From sequence record PQ433349.1: a DNA stretch of 64,000 nt; one strand, given 5' to 3'. The position numbers were made by a program, and so were the translations under genes. The DNA is from Escherichia phage vB_Ec-G1. Every line of letters starts with the position of its first letter. The stretch's first letter is position 1. The notes under the pieces were generated by a model. It searched no databases, was not told where the DNA came from, and worked only from the letters and a program-made list of their open reading frames with translations. Below are positions 18,295-27,722 of this stretch, in pieces.

Positions 18295-20538
18295 CTACAT
18301 TTTACAGGCACTACACCCTTCGTCTTCAGAATCTTCTTGTGCTAAAGAATCTGCTGATTTCGTTCTACTGTTAAGATAATACAACGACTTGCCACCCAAT
18401 CTAGCAAAATTCAGAATAAACTGCATCTCGGCTTTCACTGATAAACGTCCACCTACCAATTTAGAATAATCTAGCCAAGAATCACAAGAAATTCCTTGGT
18501 CTGTAAACTTGGTAAAGATACCATACATTTCTGCAAGATCTTTAGCCGGAGTATCCCAGGCGGATTGGTAGAACATTTTCAGTTTTTCGTAGTCTGGAAC
18601 AATAAATAATACACTACCTTTCTGACTTTGTTTATACATAATAGTATCACGAACAGGGTACAGAGAGTTAGTAGTATTGCTTACCAAACTGCTGGACTCA
18701 TTAGGTGCAATAGCAGCCAAGACACTATTACGGATACCACCTTGTTCAATGATTTCAGCACGTAAACCTTCCCAGTCCATTTTAAGATCAAAGTTACCGA
18801 CACTATCTACTGCTTTAGCATAGGTGTCAATCGGTAGCCAACCTTGAGGCCATTTGGTCTTATCGATCCATTCCGCATTACCTTTTTCCTTAGCCAGACG
18901 CAGAGAGGCTTTTGCCAACCAAAAGTAATGACGTTCTGCAAGTTCATGCATTAATTTTTTAGCATAAGCATCTGAATAATTTACAAAATTACTTGCCAAG
19001 TAATGCGCTAAGTTTGTAATACCTACACCAATAGATCTACGTGCTTTAGCAGTTATTTCGTTATGTTTAAATGGATAATCCATTGTTTCAATAACGTTGT
19101 CAATTGTCAATACAGTGTAGTATGCAACATCCTCATATTCTTCAGGTAAGACACGACCAGCAACAATAGAAGATAAGAAGCATAAAGCCAATTCTTGATC
19201 TTCTGTATTCTCACCAGTAAAGAGATCCGGCATACTGTGGAAAGCTTTAGTTGGTAAGAAGATCTCTTGACACAGGTTTGATTGATACACCGTATCCAGG
19301 AAAGGTGTATGGTTGTTAACGTTGTCAGCAAAGAACATGTAAATACGTCCTGTTTCTGCACGTTGAACAATAATCTCTGTCAGAAGATCACGAGCCTTAA
19401 CAAATTTTTTCTTAATGCGACGACGGCTTACTTTGTCATAAACTGCATCAAACTCTTCTTCACTTTTATACAAAGCTTCATAAAGTTCAGGAGCATCATC
19501 ACAACTAACTAACATCCAATCTTCGTTTTTTGCTGCTCGACGCAAGAACGAACGGTTAACAACAATAGAATAATCTAGTTTATCCACTCGTTTATCTATA
19601 GGTGTTGTTGGATTCTTCAGTCGAATCAGATCGTCGAAGTCTGGTTCAAGTATGGTAAAGGTAACTGTAGCACTACCTCCACGGCTTGCTTGCTTTGAAG
19701 CTCCAACACTATCTTCCATCCATTTCAGATACGGAAGAAGACCACCGTGAATAATACGATTATTCTTAACACCTTGACCTGTGGCACGAGTTTGAAGATT
19801 AACACCAATACCTGCGTTATTCAACGTATACTCATGAGCTAAGTAATTAGCAATGGCTAAAGACTCTGCCGTATCGTCTGCACGGAATAAACAACAAGAC
19901 GCACTTCCTTTGATTGGAGTTCGTAGAGTTGTCAGATATGGCGATGGCAGATTAATCTTAAGATCGCTAACATAAGTATAAAGTTTTTTAATATCTTCTA
20001 TACGGCGTTCTTTTGGTTGGATCTCCATAACCTTCATTGCGATACCAATGAAAAGAAACTGTGGAGACTCATGCACCACATCGTTTACTGCATCTCGAAT
20101 AAGATATTTATCTACCATCTGACGTAAAACAGAATAACCATAAGTTAGATTTTTATTATGCTTTACAATCTTACCGATTTCTTTGATCTCTTCATCAGTA
20201 TAATCCATTTTAGCCCAATGTCCACGTTCTACCATATCATGATAAAAGGTATTCAGTGAAGGGATACTGTGGTATCCCCCATGAGCCTGTTTGTAAATCA
20301 TACCAAGAAGAAGTCTTCCTGCCATATCACTGTAAGCTTGTGTTTTCTTGTCAATACACGCTGCAATCATTGCTTTATGCAGATCACGTGTAGACACACC
20401 GTCATAACACCGCTTCACAGCTTCTAATTCAATTTCAGACCAGTTTAGTTTACCTGCTGCAAATTCAGACCACTTACGAAGTTTTTCTGGATTAAACTCC
20501 TCTGTCTTACCATTAGATTTAGTTACAAAACGAATCAA
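18295..20538 (-). CDS. nrdA: ribonucleotide reductase class I large subunit
   Basis: 747 aa; N-terminal ATP-cone-like region, catalytic NLCQEI and PNESSS regions, C-terminal Cys tail. Confidence 0.92.
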   Translation of the reverse strand: MIRFVTKSNGKTEEFNPEKLRKWSEFAAGKLNWSEIELEAVKRCYDGVSTRDLHKAMIAACIDKKTQAYSDMAGRLLLGMIYKQAHGGYHSIPSLNTFYHDMVERGHWAKMDYTDEEIKEIGKIVKHNKNLTYGYSVLRQMVDKYLIRDAVNDVVHESPQFLFIGIAMKVMEIQPKERRIEDIKKLYTYVSDLKINLPSPYLTTLRTPIKGSASCCLFRADDTAESLAIANYLAHEYTLNNAGIGVNLQTRATGQGVKNNRIIHGGLLPYLKWMEDSVGASKQASRGGSATVTFTILEPDFDDLIRLKNPTTPIDKRVDKLDYSIVVNRSFLRRAAKNEDWMLVSCDDAPELYEALYKSEEEFDAVYDKVSRRRIKKKFVKARDLLTEIIVQRAETGRIYMFFADNVNNHTPFLDTVYQSNLCQEIFLPTKAFHSMPDLFTGENTEDQELALCFLSSIVAGRVLPEEYEDVAYYTVLTIDNVIETMDYPFKHNEITAKARRSIGVGITNLAHYLASNFVNYSDAYAKKLMHELAERHYFWLAKASLRLAKEKGNAEWIDKTKWPQGWLPIDTYAKAVDSVGNFDLKMDWEGLRAEIIEQGGIRNSVLAAIAPNESSSLVSNTTNSLYPVRDTIMYKQSQKGSVLFIVPDYEKLKMFYQSAWDTPAKDLAEMYGIFTKFTDQGISCDSWLDYSKLVGGRLSVKAEMQFILNFARLGGKSLYYLNSRTKSADSLAQEDSEDEGCSACKM

Positions 20539-20554
20539 CTTCTCCTCCCTATTA

Positions 20555-20809
20555 TTAATGCATATTCAAAACATCTACATCATAACCGAACTTCATTTCA
20601 TTAAAAAGTCCATTAGCATATAGAAAACCTTCAAAATGAGTTATGTCATCAAACCCTTTTGCTTTTGCTCGACGGTCTGCTTCTTGTCTTTTAGGAGATA
20701 AACGTTTTGAAGTGTCTAGAATTACAGTTACATTACAACCAACAGTTTCATCAAAATAGACTTCGATTTCACAGCCTTCATATTTATTATCAGTCATTGT
20801 CCCTCTCAT
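20555..20809 (-). CDS. hypothetical protein (84 aa)
   Basis: Minus ORF. Confidence 0.45.
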   Translation of the reverse strand: MRGTMTDNKYEGCEIEVYFDETVGCNVTVILDTSKRLSPKRQEADRRAKAKGFDDITHFEGFLYANGLFNEMKFGYDVDVLNMH

Positions 20810-21249
20810 TGATTAGCATCATCTGCTTTCGCAGGATCATAAGAGTTACCGAAATCATCCATCTTAATATGTGACGCACCCCAACCTGTAAATTCTTCAT
20901 CACCAAAATGAAAAATATCATTTTCTTGATAGATTCGTTTAAAACCACAATTAGGTGAAACAGGGAAAGTGAAAAGCGTTGTATTTGCAAACACTACTCG
21001 CTTATCGTTATTGCTTCTGATATTCACATTACGCTCAACAGAATAGTGTGAATCTTCAGCCATACCCAGCATTACAAGCGACGCTCTAATAACAGCATTT
21101 TGTTTCTCGTGTGGGATATTGCCATTGTGTTTATTTGATTCTAGTTTCCAGATAGGGGTAGACATTACAGTAGACATGCTTACGGTAGCCCAAGTTGTAG
21201 TATTTACTAATGACATATTTTCTCCTTCATTTTGAATGGGAGGACTCAC
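20806..21249 (-). CDS. hypothetical protein (start possibly internal at 21216)
   Basis: Minus ORF; AT-rich promoter-like region upstream. Confidence 0.45.
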   Translation of the reverse strand: MSPPIQNEGENMSLVNTTTWATVSMSTVMSTPIWKLESNKHNGNIPHEKQNAVIRASLVMLGMAEDSHYSVERNVNIRSNNDKRVVFANTTLFTFPVSPNCGFKRIYQENDIFHFGDEEFTGWGASHIKMDDFGNSYDPAKADDANQ

Positions 21250-21314
21250 CTCCTCCCAGTATTGTGCTATATTATACTAAAACTAATACTAAAGTCAATA
21301 ACTATTTAAACAGA

Positions 21315-22313
21315 TCACCATTTAGTATGATTTGTTAAAAGTTGACGATGTTGAATCCAGCCTTTGAAATTGCCAGACCAAAACTTACCATTACGATCTA
21401 CATGGGTAATACCTGGTTCCCAAGAGTTAAAATCCCAAGGAGCATTGATAAACAAATCTTCAAAACAGTTCTCTCCATATTGTTCGCATGTTTCTTGCAT
21501 TGGAGTGGCTTGATGTTCAAACGGAGAAGCATGAACCTTGCGCCCAGTCAGCAAGCGACCATAGATATCTAAAGCTTTATCTTTAGTTGCATTTAAACGA
21601 CGATAGCTAACCTGTGCACAACACGACGCTGAAATAGCTTTGGCTTCTTCCAAAGTAAGCACAACGACTTCTCCAGATTCATCTTGAACGTAGTATCCAC
21701 CAAAAACAAAATGATCGTCACCTTCTGTGCCAATAGTATCATAGAAATGGTCTACATAAGGTGTGTGCCATTGCCCTGGTTTCAGCACTTCTGGTGTAGA
21801 TCCTTCATACTCTTTGTGCATCTCTTTAGCCAAAGCTTCGATAGTAGGATCGGCTTCTTTGTCATCACGTAGCCACCAGAAATTTTCATATTCTGTTGCT
21901 GTCAGAACTGTTTTAATTCGTTGGAAAGGTTCCAGAAGACGGTTTGCAACTTGTTTGTGGTACCCTGCCAAAGAGAATTCTTCTGCAAAACGGGCTGCAC
22001 TAAGCGCGGCAAGATCCCACCACTCTTGAGCAGTATAACCTGCATCAATAAAAGCATCATGGTCAACACCTTTATCCTGCATACCAGGTTGGTTAGCCCC
22101 AAAACGATAAGGACGAGCAGGTTGATTTCGCACCATTTCAATCAGTGTTTTAACAGGTATAGCACGGCTAGAAGCAGCATTACGACTGAACAGGCGGTGA
22201 GTCATCAATTCTGAATGAATAATACGTGGATATTCTAGTTCAAAAGTTACAATCTCTTTTCCGTCTTCAGTGATGGAATGCGCAATAATACTAGCCGAAA
22301 TCTGTTTTGTCAT
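21315..22313 (-). CDS. ThyX-like protein (flavin-dependent thymidylate synthase family), divergent
   Basis: N-terminal THRLFSRNAASSR matches ThyX RHR-x7-S-x-R motif with first Arg replaced; C-terminal HASPFEH and WIQHR resemble ThyX His/RHR motifs. Confidence 0.6.
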   Translation of the reverse strand: MTKQISASIIAHSITEDGKEIVTFELEYPRIIHSELMTHRLFSRNAASSRAIPVKTLIEMVRNQPARPYRFGANQPGMQDKGVDHDAFIDAGYTAQEWWDLAALSAARFAEEFSLAGYHKQVANRLLEPFQRIKTVLTATEYENFWWLRDDKEADPTIEALAKEMHKEYEGSTPEVLKPGQWHTPYVDHFYDTIGTEGDDHFVFGGYYVQDESGEVVVLTLEEAKAISASCCAQVSYRRLNATKDKALDIYGRLLTGRKVHASPFEHQATPMQETCEQYGENCFEDLFINAPWDFNSWEPGITHVDRNGKFWSGNFKGWIQHRQLLTNHTKW

Positions 22314-22322
22314 TTTTTCTCC

Positions 22323-22931
22323 TTAGTTTTTAAAATTGTTCAAAGTGTTAAAAACATCCAAACATGTTAGCCACTGATCTTCTAAACCTGTGATCACAAC
22401 ATTTGGTTTTTTCTTTAGTTCTTCTAGATGGTTATCTTTATAAGGCGTATTAAAATATATTTTAACCACTTCATCTGGAAAATATAGTAGGTTATCAGCC
22501 CTGTCATCTATTGCTATATCACAAGGCAATAAGTATTTTTCTTTCGTAGCAAAAAAGCCGTTACCAGATCCTTTGCTAAAATCAATCGTGTTCAATGTTC
22601 TTAAAACATGTTTATGTTTAGAACTCAAGTGACCACCTTTTGTCACACTTGCGATCAAAAGATTGCCACCTTTCCTTGAAACATACTTTAAGAAATCTGG
22701 CATACCTGGAACAAAACCCATTGTATCATAGAGATGAGGATTATCCAGAAATCCGTAAGGATCTATATTGAACTCCTCCCTGAAACCAGGAAAGTAGTTG
22801 GTAAGATCATAGTCTGCATTTTTTGTGAATGTGTCTATCTTAACACCAAGTCCACTAATCTTATTCAACCATTCTAACCAAGCAACATCTAATGGAGCCA
22901 CAACTAAATCCCAATCACATACTATCTGCAT
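22323..22931 (-). CDS. HAD-superfamily 5'(3')-deoxyribonucleotidase-like protein
   Basis: N-terminal CDWDLVVAP (DxDxV HAD motif I-like). Confidence 0.6.
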   Translation of the reverse strand: MQIVCDWDLVVAPLDVAWLEWLNKISGLGVKIDTFTKNADYDLTNYFPGFREEFNIDPYGFLDNPHLYDTMGFVPGMPDFLKYVSRKGGNLLIASVTKGGHLSSKHKHVLRTLNTIDFSKGSGNGFFATKEKYLLPCDIAIDDRADNLLYFPDEVVKIYFNTPYKDNHLEELKKKPNVVITGLEDQWLTCLDVFNTLNNFKN

Positions 22932-22967
22932 AAAACCTCCTCTCTCTTTTAGTATAGTTATCTTATA

Positions 22968-23543
22968 CTAACTTTCAATTTCCTGCAATAGGATTTTGAC
23001 TATTTGTTTACGGCGTTTTGCTACTGTGCTTTCAGGTTCTATTTTACGCTTCTTCAGCCACGCTTTATCTTTCTTAGCTTTACACAAAGCTATCGCTTCT
23101 TTTTCAGCTTTTGCTTCTTCAAAAGATATGCCTTGCTTGTCTGCATAAGCAAGAATAGAGTTGCACAATTTACAAACCATTCGCAAATCTTCTTCTTTCA
23201 CATAGATCAAACGGAAAACAAAAAGGGGAATATCCTCAAAACATTGAAGTTGTTTTGCTGCGTGAATATGATCCACTTGGAAGTCTTTCATTCCTCCTTT
23301 GTGTCCACATATTTCGCACTCACAATTCCAAACTTGTTTTGGTTTTCCAGTTTTCTTGTCTATCATTACATTGCCGTCTTTATCTACGCGATCAACTTTA
23401 AAACGCCTTGCATTGATAACCTTAATTTTATTAGGGTGTCTCATCCATGCTTTTCTAAAGCATCCCCTAAGATAAGTATAAAATTCAGCTTGTGTTTTCC
23501 AGGGTGTTCCTTCACCCCACATTATTTTTGGTTCACCTGCCAA
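22968..23543 (-). CDS. hypothetical zinc-binding protein, possible HNH-type nuclease
   Basis: CECEICGH...DHIH Cys/His cluster; basic C-terminus. Confidence 0.4.
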   Translation of the reverse strand: MAGEPKIMWGEGTPWKTQAEFYTYLRGCFRKAWMRHPNKIKVINARRFKVDRVDKDGNVMIDKKTGKPKQVWNCECEICGHKGGMKDFQVDHIHAAKQLQCFEDIPLFVFRLIYVKEEDLRMVCKLCNSILAYADKQGISFEEAKAEKEAIALCKAKKDKAWLKKRKIEPESTVAKRRKQIVKILLQEIES

Positions 23544-23587
23544 TATTGCTCACCTTTTTAGCTGTATATTCCCCTGGTGGGATATTA

Positions 23588-23612
23588 TGTTTAAAAAACA
23601 AAAGGCGGTCTA
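23588..23612 (-). terminator. rho-independent terminator (minus strand)
   Basis: On minus strand AAGGCGG-ggttaga-CCGCCTT followed by TTGTTTTTT. Confidence 0.6.
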
Positions 23613-23710
23613 ACCCCGCCTTGCACATTGTTTCTGGAATAGTCAAAGTTAGTAAAAGTTTATCACCTTTTCGGTTGAATATTTTATAAACTTCTCCTGC
23701 TCCATATTGT

Positions 23711-24112
23711 TTAGTATTGCTCGCCACTAATACGTTCCTTAAGTTGTTTAATAGCTTCGATTGCATCTACATAAGAAGAGTTATACATGTGTTTCAGTGC
23801 TACTCGTACTAAAGGATCTTTTGTGAAGAAATCAATAAGAAGCATAGCTTGATCATGTTTAGCTGCATTTGTCATAGATGGATAATTTTCACGAACCATA
23901 TACGTGTTATTTTGCATAAGGGTTCTTTCTAGTTCAATACAATGAATAGCTTTATCTAGATTAATCTGACGTTCACCTTTAATACGTGTTGCGTATTTTG
24001 CCAATTTGCAAAAACAAGGTGTGCCACCAACCAAATAAGCTAGTTCAATAGGTTGCATTGCCATTTTTGTGTAGTGATCACCGTCAACCTGATTATCAAA
24101 AGCATTAGACAT
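23711..24112 (-). CDS. DUF3310-like phage protein
   Basis: GDHY..QPIE and KYATRIKGE..DLDKAIHCIE pattern recalled for the DUF3310 family. Confidence 0.5.
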   Translation of the reverse strand: MSNAFDNQVDGDHYTKMAMQPIELAYLVGGTPCFCKLAKYATRIKGERQINLDKAIHCIELERTLMQNNTYMVRENYPSMTNAAKHDQAMLLIDFFTKDPLVRVALKHMYNSSYVDAIEAIKQLKERISGEQY

Positions 24113-24332
24113 AATTTTCCTCCTGAATTCCTATTGCGCCTTCTTCTGGGCAGTCTGTATAATAAGCTACCCTACCTTGATAGATAACATCACCATCATT
24201 ATTGTAGATTGCTGTATCTTCTTGAATTGTTATTTCAACATCAAGTAAATCTGGGTCTTTCTCGATGGTATAGTTCAAACCTAACATTTCAAACAGTTCG
24301 AAAATTTCGTTACCTGTTAATGTAATGCTCAT
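24105..24332 (-). CDS. hypothetical protein
   Basis: Start refined to ATG 24332 with AAGGAGG SD; promoter TTGACA-17-TATACT immediately upstream. Confidence 0.4.
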   Translation of the reverse strand: MSITLTGNEIFELFEMLGLNYTIEKDPDLLDVEITIQEDTAIYNNDGDVIYQGRVAYYTDCPEEGAIGIQEENYV

Positions 24333-24359
24333 ATTTCCTCCTTTTATTGTGGTTAGCAG

Positions 24360-24388
24360 AGTATACACTAATATCAAATTTTTGTCAA
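24360..24388 (-). promoter_or_regulatory. sigma70-type promoter (minus strand) immediately downstream of terminator
   Basis: On minus strand TTGACA, 17-nt spacer, TATACT; SD and ATG 24332 follow. Confidence 0.6.
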
Positions 24389-24412
24389 TAAAAAAGGGAG
24401 CAATAAGCTCCC
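24389..24412 (-). terminator. rho-independent terminator (minus strand)
   Basis: On minus strand GGGAGC-ttatt-GCTCCC followed by TTTTTT. Confidence 0.7.
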
Positions 24413-24418
24413 TGATTA

Positions 24419-25378
24419 TTAGATTCCAATAATAGTTGCTGCTCGTTTATCTTTGGATCTGGTGTTTGCTCTACTACGTGACAAACCTCCACAAGATTCA
24501 CAACGAATGATATCGAAAGAACTTACCGCAGTGTGGTATTGCTTACCAGTAACAACGTGAACATGATCACTGCCGCAACGAGAACAACGGACTTTCTCAT
24601 CTGGGTAATAAGCGGATAAGTTAGGATGCTGTGGAATCCACGGAAGGATTTTCATATACAAATCACGGAGTGAAACAACATCACCATCATTGTAAATCTG
24701 CATACGTTCAAAAGCATCACGATCACCTTCACAACATGCTTTCCATAAAGGGAACCCCTCGTTATCCAGTTTTTCACTTTCTGTTTCGAAATATGCTCCC
24801 ATTTCTTTAAGGGAGTTGGAAGGAAGTGCAAATTGTTTCTTAGCTGCCTTCAATGTATCAACAACTACATAATTAGAAGGAGGAGCCATATCGTGATATG
24901 CAAATCGTTGGTTAATGTATGCACGGTCAAACTTATACCCGTTGTGTGCCACAACTACATCTGCCTCGTTCAGAAGGTTCCAAAGATCTTGGCAAAGCTC
25001 CCAATCATCTGTATGATCAATATCAAAAAGAGGATAAGAAGACAAGTTCTTACCTTCCACTTCACCAGTATACAGGTCAGCAGAAGAGTAGGATAACAAA
25101 TAACCTCTGCGAATTACCTGGTCTGGAGAAATGAAGGCTTTGAATCGACGGAAAGTATATGCAATCTCTGGTGCAGTTTCAACATCAATAATTTTAATAA
25201 CTGGTTGTTTCTTTTTAACGGGTTCTTGTTTACTTCCACTGAAACGTGCAAGGAAATCATTTACTGTGCTTTTTCTTGTTGGGCTACCTAAAACAATTGC
25301 TGCAATATTTCGAGAAGACATACCCTCTGCACTCATACTAAGGATATCTGCTTTCTGCTCTTCTGTTAATCTGCTCAC
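24419..25378 (-). CDS. DEDD-family 3'-5' exonuclease (DnaQ-like) with N-terminal HTH and C-terminal zinc ribbon
   Basis: Exo I IIDVET, Exo II HNGYKFD, Exo III YNDGD; CSRCGS...CESCGG; N-terminal helix-turn-helix-like segment. Confidence 0.7.
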   Translation of the reverse strand: MSRLTEEQKADILSMSAEGMSSRNIAAIVLGSPTRKSTVNDFLARFSGSKQEPVKKKQPVIKIIDVETAPEIAYTFRRFKAFISPDQVIRRGYLLSYSSADLYTGEVEGKNLSSYPLFDIDHTDDWELCQDLWNLLNEADVVVAHNGYKFDRAYINQRFAYHDMAPPSNYVVVDTLKAAKKQFALPSNSLKEMGAYFETESEKLDNEGFPLWKACCEGDRDAFERMQIYNDGDVVSLRDLYMKILPWIPQHPNLSAYYPDEKVRCSRCGSDHVHVVTGKQYHTAVSSFDIIRCESCGGLSRSRANTRSKDKRAATIIGI

Positions 25379-26493
25379 TCTGCCTCCTGTTGCGAGATGT
25401 ATGACTGAAGCATACTCTCAAATGTTGTATCGTCATTATCCCAGCGTTTCATGTATACCAACTGGAAAATTGTTTCTATCCATTCATCTGTTGTCATATG
25501 GACTTCTTCTCCATCCCAAGAAGTAAAATTAACACCATCTGGGAACCATGAGTAGTAAGTATCTTTAACTGTTTGGAAAAGTTCTGCTTGAGTTTTACAA
25601 GCTGAAAGAAGATTAAAACAAGTAATATCTCCGAACTTAATATCAAAATCTTGATAAGGTCGGATACTATCTGTTTTATCTCCCATTAGCATCTGATATG
25701 CTAACCAGTAACTGCCCCAACCTTTAACTTCTTTCTTTTTACCTTTATCTACGATCCATATATCGCCAATAGACTCGTCAATAAGAATTATATCTGGATT
25801 TTTAAATACTCCATCCTCTTTGTAGAAATTAAAAAGGATACTAGGAGTATGTAAACTATCTTTATCTATAGACACTACGATATAAGAAAATTTACCCGTC
25901 CTTTTATAATCTTTATAACCTTGGAAACCATACTTCTCTAACTCATCATCAGCTTCTATTACAGTAACAACATCACCATTGTGGAACTCCACAAGATAAT
26001 CTTTGGTTTCTGAAAGCTGAAGTGGTTTGATATCTAATCGTTCAGATTTATATTCTACAGGCATTTTGAAGGCGTGTCTGAAAGTTTTTCCTACGCCAAT
26101 AACTCCGCAATATTTTTCTAAACGTAGATGTTTTAGAATACCTAAGACTTTTGTTTTAGCTGCTTGGAAGGTGTGTCCGATATCTTCTGGCGGGTATTGC
26201 TTATCAATGATTTCGAACTCTTCCTTTGTGAAGGGACGTTTGTTTTTGGAGGCTCTTTCTGCATTTGTATCTCCTAGCCAACCTCCAATTTTAGTCTTGC
26301 TTTTACCCCAAAACTCTGTCTTATTTTTAAATTCCTTTTGAGCACCTGAAGGGATGTGCTTCGCAATGATTGTTCTTTTCTCTAATGCAGACGCTGCTTG
26401 GAAAGCGATCTGATCATAATCAATTGCAGCTATTGTTTCTTCGTTGACATATAAATGAAGATCTTCAGGTTTAATTAAAATATAACCGCTAAT
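25375..26493 (-). CDS. flap endonuclease / RNase H (5'-3' exonuclease); start codon uncertain
   Basis: IDYDQIA (T4 RNase H IDFSQIA-like), GKS...YK.R, IDESIGD, MGDKTD motifs; frame open to stop at 26506-26508 with no in-frame ATG/GTG upstream of 26064. Confidence 0.65.
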   Translation of the reverse strand: MSGYILIKPEDLHLYVNEETIAAIDYDQIAFQAASALEKRTIIAKHIPSGAQKEFKNKTEFWGKSKTKIGGWLGDTNAERASKNKRPFTKEEFEIIDKQYPPEDIGHTFQAAKTKVLGILKHLRLEKYCGVIGVGKTFRHAFKMPVEYKSERLDIKPLQLSETKDYLVEFHNGDVVTVIEADDELEKYGFQGYKDYKRTGKFSYIVVSIDKDSLHTPSILFNFYKEDGVFKNPDIILIDESIGDIWIVDKGKKKEVKGWGSYWLAYQMLMGDKTDSIRPYQDFDIKFGDITCFNLLSACKTQAELFQTVKDTYYSWFPDGVNFTSWDGEEVHMTTDEWIETIFQLVYMKRWDNDDTTFESMLQSYISQQEAE

Positions 26494-26505
26494 ATTTCCC
26501 CCTAA

Positions 26506-26715
26506 TTATTCATCGTCATCCTCTGTTGAGAATGTTTTAGTATACGGACATTGACGACTTTTCGGGATTGCTATAACTTCATCTTGGTTAGCGTTAGAAT
26601 AGTAGCAATATTTTGTGTTGCCATTAACTTCAGAATCAGACAAGATTAAAGTAATTTGACCTGCTGCTACTGTGAAACTAAAAGCTAAAAGAACGACTGT
26701 CAGAATCTTTTTCAT
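26506..26715 (-). CDS. small secreted/periplasmic protein with signal peptide
   Basis: MKKILTVVLLAFSFTVAAGQ signal-peptide-like N-terminus; two Cys. Confidence 0.5.
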   Translation of the reverse strand: MKKILTVVLLAFSFTVAAGQITLILSDSEVNGNTKYCYYSNANQDEVIAIPKSRQCPYTKTFSTEDDDE

Positions 26716-26787
26716 AACGCCTCCTAAAAAGCCTACCTCATTAAGTAGGTAGGCATAATATCATAACTAATCCCGCAAGTCAAGAAC

Positions 26788-27666
26788 TTATTTAAGGATT
26801 GTTGCTTTGGTTAAATCTTCCATCAGACCTCGAATCTCATTGAAGCACAGAAGGACTGAAGCTTCAATACTACCTTCTTCGTCTGCAAAATATTTCGGAA
26901 AACGTAGTTTAGAAAGTTTAAACTCTTTATCCACTACAAAATCTACAACACCGTCATATTCAAGACCGATTGCAACAACATCTTTACCATCTTCTTTTAG
27001 TTCGACAGCTTTAGACTCGTATAGGGATTCTTTACTCCAAACAACAACGCCCTCGCTATCCTCCATTTTGATATAATTTCCGAGAGTAATACGATCTGCT
27101 TCGTGATTCTCCAGCAATTCACCAAAACCTTTTACAATAGCTTCTTCGTGCACACTAAAACCTACCGAAGGGAAAGTCCCCAGAACGGAACGGAGGAAAG
27201 AAGTAATCTCTTCTGCAACCTTTTTACTTCCATTAAGAACATAAAGAAGATTCGTAGTTTTATCCAAGACAACATAGTTAAAGAAATCTTCAGGTTCTGT
27301 TTCAGGCAATAGTGCAAATTCAATATCTTCCTTCATTGCTTTGACTACTTCTTTATCGACATAAAACTCTTTACCTTCGCTCTCCATGTCCTGACGCATT
27401 TCTTCTAGACGTTCATTAAGAATACGTTTAACTTTCTTTTTATCTACCTTCTTCACAGATTGACCTACATTAAGCAGTTCAAGATCTGAGAACTCTTTTA
27501 CAAATTTAGAGTCATCTTCGAAACGAACAAGACCGATAGTGTGTGACTGGGAGCCTTCTGCTGTTACAAATTCCAGAGGAATATCTGTAATGCTGTTAAG
27601 GGATGCTACAGAAGCATTGTCACCAACAACCATAGGCAGAGCGGATTTAAAAGATTTTACAAACAT
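26788..27666 (-). CDS. RdgC-like recombination-associated protein
   Basis: LLPETEPEDFFNYVVLDKTTNLLYVLNGSKKVAEE and C-terminal LRFPKYFADE resemble RdgC. Confidence 0.6.
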   Translation of the reverse strand: MFVKSFKSALPMVVGDNASVASLNSITDIPLEFVTAEGSQSHTIGLVRFEDDSKFVKEFSDLELLNVGQSVKKVDKKKVKRILNERLEEMRQDMESEGKEFYVDKEVVKAMKEDIEFALLPETEPEDFFNYVVLDKTTNLLYVLNGSKKVAEEITSFLRSVLGTFPSVGFSVHEEAIVKGFGELLENHEADRITLGNYIKMEDSEGVVVWSKESLYESKAVELKEDGKDVVAIGLEYDGVVDFVVDKEFKLSKLRFPKYFADEEGSIEASVLLCFNEIRGLMEDLTKATILK

Positions 27667-27722
27667 GTTTCCTCCTATTTAATACATCTCACATTACCGC
27701 CCGTAAAGGGCGGCTTACAACA

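Noticed and set aside
23004-23561. 185-aa plus-strand ORF (and similar plus ORFs 14405..14827, 648..842, 5098..5355 inside the minus-strand block)
   Set aside because: Antisense to well-supported minus-strand genes, low-complexity F/S/L-rich translations, no Shine-Dalgarno sites; treated as frame artefacts.
26506-26715. The 69-aa signal-peptide ORF as the N-terminus of the flap endonuclease (stop-codon read-through)
   Set aside because: Its sequence is a secretory signal plus a small Cys-containing domain, unlike FEN N-termini; the FEN motif begins only after the TAA.
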